The position numbers were made by a program, and so were the translations under genes. The notes beneath the pieces were generated by a model. That model did no database searches, had not been told where the DNA came from, and saw only the letters and a program-made list of their open reading frames with translations. This document shows positions 58,028-64,000 of a DNA stretch of 64,000 nt, piece by piece (positions within the stretch are counted from its first letter, which is position 1; each line of letters begins with the position of its first letter). The DNA comes from a virus, in the IMG/VR virus record IMGVR_UViG_3300020392_000005, one strand, 5' to 3'.

Positions 58028-58542
58028 ATATTAAAATCAAAACACCCGACTATTCTATCTTCTTTACCAGGTACACTTTTCCAATCACTTACTTTGTGTT
58101 GCCAAGTCTCTTTGTGATTTAAGATAATCATATCACCTTTACCTGGGTGCAACATACAAGACAATTCGTTAGTCTCTTTATTTCTAACTGATATTGAACC
58201 GCCTTGTTCTCTATTACTAGAATTTGTAAAGTACATTAATATAGCAAGGTTCGCTCCTTCTTTCAAATCATTGTGCCAATTAGTTGATGGATTATCAACA
58301 CCATTGACTATTTCAGGTTGACCGTATAGATTATACTTACCTGATATTAGTTTAATATATTTATCACCCAAATAATTATGGGTTATTTTAAGTGCGTTGT
58401 CTACTTCTTTCGTGTGAATACAAACTTTATATTCTCCTTGTTGTTTAAAAGGTATCTCAACACCTTCAAAAAATCTAAATGCAACAGGATCCTTAAAAGG
58501 ATATACACCATTAATTAATACATTTTCTATACCTTGTATCAT
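58024..58542 (-). CDS. 2OG-Fe(II) oxygenase
   Basis: WHND, GGSI, WQHKV, RIVGCF. Confidence 0.75.
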   Translation of the reverse strand: MIQGIENVLINGVYPFKDPVAFRFFEGVEIPFKQQGEYKVCIHTKEVDNALKITHNYLGDKYIKLISGKYNLYGQPEIVNGVDNPSTNWHNDLKEGANLAILMYFTNSSNREQGGSISVRNKETNELSCMLHPGKGDMIILNHKETWQHKVSDWKSVPGKEDRIVGCFDFNI

Positions 58543-58985
58543 CTTCTAACAAACCTCCACTTAATTGCAAGTCTAGTCTCATCACCATAATAAGGATTTG
58601 CTCTATGCCTTAAATGTGATGGCATTATAAACAATGCGTTCTTCTCAAATCTATGTTTCTTCTTACCTTCTATCTGTAATTCTCCACCTTTTGTACTATC
58701 ACCTTTTAAATATAGTATTGCAGTAATCTCATTATTCTTATCGCTATCTGTATGATAACCTATTATATTCTTATTCTCGTCTTTAGTGTTTGTAGAGATA
58801 ATATATCTGACAATCAAAGGACCTAAATCAGGATAATTTAAACGACATATTGTATCTGTCCATTCAAAATTATCATCTAACTTCGTGTGTATATTCTTTT
58901 CATATAACGGCAGGTCTAACTTATTAATTGCGTTTAATAAAGTATTACCTTCTGTCATAGTTAAGACATTACGCTTGATTAACAT
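58539..58985 (-). CDS. 2OG-Fe(II) oxygenase
   Basis: YHTD, KGGEL, LRHRANP, RLAIKW. Confidence 0.8.
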   Translation of the reverse strand: MLIKRNVLTMTEGNTLLNAINKLDLPLYEKNIHTKLDDNFEWTDTICRLNYPDLGPLIVRYIISTNTKDENKNIIGYHTDSDKNNEITAILYLKGDSTKGGELQIEGKKKHRFEKNALFIMPSHLRHRANPYYGDETRLAIKWRFVRR

Positions 58986-60075
58986 TTTTTATCTCATTTT
59001 CATAAGGCGTCATTTTGATATAATGCAAACCATTTGCATTTAATATATCTTCACCATTTCTTTTCATCTTTTGACAATGTGCCTCTACAACTCCTTTTTC
59101 TTTGTAATCTTTTATTGTTTTTCTACACCCATTACAAATACTAAACATAGGACAACCATAACAACTCTTTTTCATAGTTGTTAATTTTAAATCATCTTGC
59201 AAAGGTGTAAAAAACTCACCTTGCATTTCTCTTTCAAAATCTATCTCTTTATCTTTATCATCACCGAAAGCACCACAACTATAATAGTCGCCATCTGGTT
59301 GTAAACATCTTATACCCTCATCACACTTTCTACTTAACGGACAACTCGTATGTTCAGTCTTAATTGTTGTCATCATTTGTTTTGTATTGAACTCCCAAGG
59401 TGAAAGTCCCATACGCCAGATATCAACATATATCTTATATATGTCTGATAATAAAAATGGATTTTTCTGTTCACCACTTGCCATTGCATAGTTTAGTTTA
59501 CACTCAACACCTGTTTTCTCATAACGCCAGAAGTTATGTAAAGTGCCTTCAGGTTCATTATTGTTTGACATCTGTTTTGCAAGTCTAACATTTTTGATTG
59601 CGTTGTGTACATTTTCTTCTGTAATAACTGATATAAAGTCAGGTCTATAACCACAATATTCTAACATTGCGTCTGAACACTTCCAAAAGTCTTCTTCTGT
59701 AAATTCTGTAAAGTCACCTTTCAATCTACCACCACCATATTGAAAAGAAGTTGTGATACCTACTCTATCATTATTAAATAAGTCAACCCAACGACCTGGT
59801 TTCTTATAGAAAGGCCATAAGTTTGTTGTAAGTGCAAGTGAAGTATCGTAACCTTTATTATCTAACCATTCAATAATCTTCCAGTAGTAATCAGGTGCCA
59901 TCATCAATGGGTCACCACCATTTACGATAATAGTTTTTGTTTCAGGAAACCTTTCTAAAAAACGAAATATCTGGTCGTGTTTTAACCAGTTTTTCTTTTC
60001 ATTAGTCAATTGTGTACTTGAACAAAAAGTACATTTGAAATTACACAATTCAGTAGGTTTTATTATTAGGTCCAT
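58969..60075 (-). CDS. radical SAM/SPASM enzyme
   Basis: IIKPTELCNFKCTFC, NGGDP; CPLSRKC...PDGDYYSC...CYGCPMFSICNGC...HC. Confidence 0.92.
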   Translation of the reverse strand: MDLIIKPTELCNFKCTFCSSTQLTNEKKNWLKHDQIFRFLERFPETKTIIVNGGDPLMMAPDYYWKIIEWLDNKGYDTSLALTTNLWPFYKKPGRWVDLFNNDRVGITTSFQYGGGRLKGDFTEFTEEDFWKCSDAMLEYCGYRPDFISVITEENVHNAIKNVRLAKQMSNNNEPEGTLHNFWRYEKTGVECKLNYAMASGEQKNPFLLSDIYKIYVDIWRMGLSPWEFNTKQMMTTIKTEHTSCPLSRKCDEGIRCLQPDGDYYSCGAFGDDKDKEIDFEREMQGEFFTPLQDDLKLTTMKKSCYGCPMFSICNGCRKTIKDYKEKGVVEAHCQKMKRNGEDILNANGLHYIKMTPYENEIKNVNQA

Positions 60076-60686
60076 AATCCTATCCAGTTTAATCCTGTTT
60101 GACTTTCTTTGTTTCTAATCCAGTAATCACCACTATCATCTTTCTTAAAACCAAATTGTGTCATAATTTGATAGTGATATGGTTCTTTTTGTGCAGACAT
60201 CTGGTTCATTGTTAGATGTACATAATCAAAATATGTTCCACTAGGACATATAATATCTTTATCTTTAAATAAGTTTATTGTTTCACACCACATTGTTCTT
60301 AATAATCTTCTTCTATATGTTGCGTCTTTTCTTTTCATATATCCTGCATACTTCATAGACCCACATATGATATGGTCTTTGTAAATATGAAACATACCTA
60401 CACCTTTAATAAATGTATTAGGCGTTTTAGGTTGTACCCATTGTTTCTCGCCTATTGTTTGTTGTGCAACATTATATAATTCTATGTCTTCTTCTTTCGT
60501 ACCTAACCACAAAAGAAAGTGTGCTTGTCTTTCACACAATCTAGGCATATAAGGTTTCTGTACAGGAAATCTATCTAGTTGTACTTCTATATTCTCTGGT
60601 AAATTGAGATTATTAGGTTGCAACAAGATTTCGTTGTACTCGTACATCTTCAATATATCTGTGCGTAAGTTTGTATACACACTCAT
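60066..60686 (-). CDS. hypothetical protein (possible GNAT-like fold; start may be 60647)
   Basis: Lies between two rSAM genes; KGVGMF...RRLLR...QFGFKK pattern. Confidence 0.55.
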   Translation of the reverse strand: MSVYTNLRTDILKMYEYNEILLQPNNLNLPENIEVQLDRFPVQKPYMPRLCERQAHFLLWLGTKEEDIELYNVAQQTIGEKQWVQPKTPNTFIKGVGMFHIYKDHIICGSMKYAGYMKRKDATYRRRLLRTMWCETINLFKDKDIICPSGTYFDYVHLTMNQMSAQKEPYHYQIMTQFGFKKDDSGDYWIRNKESQTGLNWIGLWT

Positions 60687-61665
60687 TGAGTTCCTCCTTA
60701 TATCTGTAATCGTGGTTCATAAAACAACCTAGTGTACATCTATCTAAAAATTCACAACTAGCACAATTATATTTTTCTAAAAAACTATTTTCTATTCTAC
60801 TATTATCTTTTCTTTTTATTGGCGACTTATATTGACTTAATGATTTTTCATCTTGTACTAGATTACCACATTGACATAAAGTACCATCTGCTAATATAAG
60901 TTTTGATACTCTACAACTTGCAAAGTTTTTCTTATTGAAAATCCAATCTCTAACAGGATGTACATTAGGATATTTGTCTATACAATGTTTGAAAAATTTT
61001 AATAGTAATTCATCGCTAGGCATATTGTATTTTGCGTGTTCATCTGGCATATAATAATCAAAGTAGATATACTTACCACTCTTATAGAGATAGTCAAAGT
61101 ATTCATCGCCTTGTTCTAAATAATATGTGATATTAGGTTTTGTAAGTAGACAAGAAAAACAGGTTACTTCATCACCCCAATATTCTACATTTGATTTAAA
61201 TATCTCAAAATCTTTTTTATTAAATCTACCTCGTGGGTCATAACTAGTTGTTAATCTAGTTTCAATACCTTCTTGCCTAGACCAAGTTATTAAATCTAGT
61301 ATCTGTTCATTACCTTGAGGTGTGGTTACTAAATTAGATACCCAATTAATTACACATTTCTTATTGTAATGGTCACATATCTTTTGTATACCTTTTACAA
61401 AAAGTTTATAACCTTCATTTAATTTCTTTGTGTAGATTGCAGGTGCAAAGACTTCGCCACCCATAACATTAAAGGTAACTTTTTGCATTAACTCTTTTGA
61501 TATAAACTTCTCTACTGACGGAAGTTTATCTAATACATTTTCAGTACCGATAGTGTCTTCGTGGTTTTGCCAACAGAAAGCACAACGCAAATTACAAAAT
61601 TCAAATAAATGAATAGTGTACTCTTGCTCTGGGTCTCTTTTTGGGTCTAATAAAAACTCTCGCAT
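60613..61665 (-). CDS. radical SAM/SPASM enzyme
   Basis: CNLRCAFC, MGGE; SCR...ADGTLCQC...CASCEFLDRCTLGC...EC. Confidence 0.92.
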   Translation of the reverse strand: MREFLLDPKRDPEQEYTIHLFEFCNLRCAFCWQNHEDTIGTENVLDKLPSVEKFISKELMQKVTFNVMGGEVFAPAIYTKKLNEGYKLFVKGIQKICDHYNKKCVINWVSNLVTTPQGNEQILDLITWSRQEGIETRLTTSYDPRGRFNKKDFEIFKSNVEYWGDEVTCFSCLLTKPNITYYLEQGDEYFDYLYKSGKYIYFDYYMPDEHAKYNMPSDELLLKFFKHCIDKYPNVHPVRDWIFNKKNFASCRVSKLILADGTLCQCGNLVQDEKSLSQYKSPIKRKDNSRIENSFLEKYNCASCEFLDRCTLGCFMNHDYRYKEELNECVYKLTHRYIEDVRVQRNLVAT

Positions 61666-61673
61666 TTAAACTC

Positions 61674-62786
61674 CTACGAGTTTGCGAATAGTCTATACTT
61701 TCCTAAAGTGTCTGTATCGTCTGATTTTTTTAATGAGAATAGATATTGTAAAAAAGAATAGTTAATATTACCTATATCAAATCTCGGTATGTACGATAGA
61801 CTAGATGGACTATTCACCGTCTCGGTTATGATTGTGTCAAAATCTGATTTAGAAAGAGTTGACTTAACTGCCTTGTCTAAATGGTTCATAAAGTAATCAG
61901 GACTAGGTGAATTTTGAAAGTCGTATAGGTCTTTGACTAATTCTTTTAGTGCAGTTTGTTTTTCACTTGACAAATTATCAATATTCATTATGTTGACAGC
62001 ACCATTGTTTGCAGTAGGTTTCTCTACAAATACTTCACTATCAGCGAAAGGTGCTAAAGGTGTAATGCCTTCAAAGACATTATCAGCATTTAAGTTGACA
62101 TCATCAGCAGTATAACCTAATGCTTCTTGTTGATTAGTATTTAACAGATTGAGAGCTGCACCCTCTCTAGCGTCTGTAAATACTTCTTTGTAAAATCTTT
62201 TTAAGAATTTTAAATATGTGTCTAATAATTTATCTTCGTGTGTATCGGCACCTGCAAAGTATTCGCCTAATAATAATTCTATTGATAAATTTAAATCCCA
62301 CTCTTTGATAGTATCTAAATCTAAAGCACCTTGTACTCTAAAGTAACCTTTAACATCTCCTAGACCAGAATTTAATTGTGTCAAATCTAAAGTATGTGTA
62401 GGTTGCAATTGTGTATTTGCAATAATCTTTTCGTGGTGTAAATAGATATCTACATATTTTTGTATTGCGTCTTCGTCAGCGAAAGGCAACATAGTCTTTA
62501 ACCATATAGTTACCAACTCTAAAAATGCCTGACTATCACAATATATAATAATCTTACCTAGAGAATTACTTTTTAATCTTACATCATTAAAGAAACCTAT
62601 CATACCATTAAACTTCGTTTTCATTTCGTTAACGCTATGAGTATGATTAATTAATGTACCACGATAAGTTGTTTGTAGCTCTTGGTGCATTGCATTGCCT
62701 TTATCAGCAGATATAACATATCTGTTAGTATGACAATCAATACTATCGTCAAAAGTCATATAAACTTTATTAAACAGGTGTAGCAT
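61674..62786 (-). CDS. hypothetical protein in the radical SAM operon
   Basis: 370-aa ORF; overlaps the upstream gene. Confidence 0.7.
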   Translation of the reverse strand: MLHLFNKVYMTFDDSIDCHTNRYVISADKGNAMHQELQTTYRGTLINHTHSVNEMKTKFNGMIGFFNDVRLKSNSLGKIIIYCDSQAFLELVTIWLKTMLPFADEDAIQKYVDIYLHHEKIIANTQLQPTHTLDLTQLNSGLGDVKGYFRVQGALDLDTIKEWDLNLSIELLLGEYFAGADTHEDKLLDTYLKFLKRFYKEVFTDAREGAALNLLNTNQQEALGYTADDVNLNADNVFEGITPLAPFADSEVFVEKPTANNGAVNIMNIDNLSSEKQTALKELVKDLYDFQNSPSPDYFMNHLDKAVKSTLSKSDFDTIITETVNSPSSLSYIPRFDIGNINYSFLQYLFSLKKSDDTDTLGKYRLFANS

Positions 62787-63462
62787 TTAGTACCTCTAAA
62801 TCTTTTGTTCTTGCTTCTTTGTATTTCTTACTATCAAATTTACCTTCGGCAATCGCCCAAGTCATTAGAAACATAGGGTTTTCTTTAACACCCCAAAAGT
62901 CTAATAGACATTTGCCTTTAAACATATATTCTTTAAAGTATTTAGTATAGTTTTTAACAATTTTTTCTTCTGGTTTATTATAGTAGAAATAAAAATCTTT
63001 GTGTTTTAATAGACTAACAAAGTTGATACCTTTAGTATCTTCTGTTTCGTCTTTAGGATATAGGTCAACATATTCTTTAAATGCACCTTCTCCTACGATA
63101 GACATATTGTATAGTGGTAAACTTTCTAATTTACTTGCCCACTTATCAATAGTCTCTAAATTTTCTGATATAAATTTTGCGTTCTTAATTTCTTTTACTA
63201 GACCTTTATGTTCAAATAGAACAATCATAGCAGCCTTTTCTAGTAATGGTATGTTTACTAACATAGAACTCTCAAAATATTCTTTTAGTAATTCATCATC
63301 ATAATTAGATAGGTCGCAAGGTATATCTAAATTACTTAAATATGTTAAGAACTGAGCACCTTTTAATGTACTCTTTTCGTAATCAATCATATAACTTTGT
63401 GTTTTATCTTCAAAGTATTTTTTTAAATCTTTCAATTCAATAGGTACAATAGTTTCAATCAT
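62770..63462 (-). CDS. hypothetical protein in the radical SAM operon
   Basis: Start at MIETIVPIE, TAATG-coupled to the stop of the CHxS-tail gene. Confidence 0.7.
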   Translation of the reverse strand: MIETIVPIELKDLKKYFEDKTQSYMIDYEKSTLKGAQFLTYLSNLDIPCDLSNYDDELLKEYFESSMLVNIPLLEKAAMIVLFEHKGLVKEIKNAKFISENLETIDKWASKLESLPLYNMSIVGEGAFKEYVDLYPKDETEDTKGINFVSLLKHKDFYFYYNKPEEKIVKNYTKYFKEYMFKGKCLLDFWGVKENPMFLMTWAIAEGKFDSKKYKEARTKDLEVLNATPV

Positions 63463-64000
63463 TATCTTCTTCCTCTGGATCCGTGGCACGAACCGTGGCA
63501 CGAACTATGACAAATTGTTTTTGATAGTGTGTAAGTATTTCCTCTTTCAACACCATAAGCACTTGCAAGAGAACTTAAAAAGTTTTCTAAATTACTATCG
63601 TCAATTACTTGACCTGCTTGTAAATTACTAGGTTGTGATGGGTTTAAGGTTACTCTTTGACTAGTTGTTAAGTGTGCGATTTCTGTTTGATTATATTGAG
63701 TACCTGCACCTGTCATTGATACAAACGCATTAGTACTCTTAATATTAGTATAGTTGTTCATTTCAGCTTTTAAAACACTATAAATTGTATTCGCTTGAAT
63801 TAATTGTGCTGAACTACCTAGATTATTACCATTAATAGAAATAGTAACCGCTGATACTTCTGTCATTGTAGATACTGAACCAGTCGCACCTGAATTACTA
63901 CCTGTTAATATATCGTTTTGAACAAAGTTAGTTTGTCCTGAACCTGGTACTACATTTCTTACTTTTAATACATTGTTTGAATAACTAACAACGGTACCTA
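63462..64000 (-). CDS. virion-type protein (5'-truncated) with C-terminal CHSSCHGSCHGSRGRR tail; candidate radical SAM substrate
   Basis: Frame stays open to the window end (GTVVSYSNNVLKVRNVVPGSGQTNFVQNDILTGSNSGATGSVSTM...), so the 134-aa call is only the C-terminal part. Confidence 0.75.
   Translation of the reverse strand, partial: GTVVSYSNNVLKVRNVVPGSGQTNFVQNDILTGSNSGATGSVSTMTEVSAVTISINGNNLGSSAQLIQANTIYSVLKAEMNNYTNIKSTNAFVSMTGAGTQYNQTEIAHLTTSQRVTLNPSQPSNLQAGQVIDDSNLENFLSSLASAYGVERGNTYTLSKTICHSSCHGSCHGSRGRR

Noticed and set aside
56473-61665. rSAM genes as QueE, NrdG or MoaA
   Set aside because: No queC/queD/folE, nrdD or moa genes nearby; the C-terminal SPASM-like Cys clusters fit peptide/protein maturases better
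464-63304. All plus-strand ORFs in the track (e.g. 15507-15920, 49862-50242)
   Set aside because: They are antisense shadows of well-supported minus-strand genes, with no recognisable motifs
63465-63512. Reading the CH-rich tail as c-type heme-binding CxxCH motifs linked to the heme cassette
   Set aside because: The spacing is Cx3CH, not CxxCH, and no cytochrome c maturation genes are present; not excluded, but unsupported
1-64000. tRNA genes, introns/inteins, homing endonucleases, alternative genetic code
   Set aside because: No cloverleaf or endonuclease motifs recognised; core genes (gp17, gp20, gp23, gp46, uvsW) are uninterrupted and of normal length under the standard code

Overview
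AT-rich 64-kb segment of a T4-like myovirus genome, probably marine, with every credible gene on the minus strand. The host is inferred to be an alphaproteobacterium, possibly SAR11-like, from the Shemin-pathway ALA synthase and the 7Fe ferredoxin. In window order it carries: an early MoxR/CobS ATPase + VWA pair; DNA methyltransferases, a glycosylase and oxygenases; peptide deformylase; gp46/gp47/gp55, uvsW/uvsY and gp3; an inserted AlkB/XylM-type hydroxylase + ferredoxin; the head/tail/packaging/neck block (gp23-gp13); a tetrapyrrole cassette (heme-oxygenase-like paralog, hemO, pcyX-like, ALA synthase); and a large tail-fibre region with three RCC1-propeller proteins. The most striking element is at 55.3-64 kb. 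It is a tightly packed operon with three radical SAM/SPASM-type enzymes, two 2OG-Fe(II) oxygenases and several unknown proteins, lying directly downstream of a virion-type protein that ends in a RiPP-core-like CHSS-CHGS-CHGS-RGRR tail. This is a candidate phage-encoded system for RiPP-like post-translational modification of a virion protein. No tRNA, rRNA or CRISPR array was recognised. All calls come from reading motifs by eye; no database searches were run.
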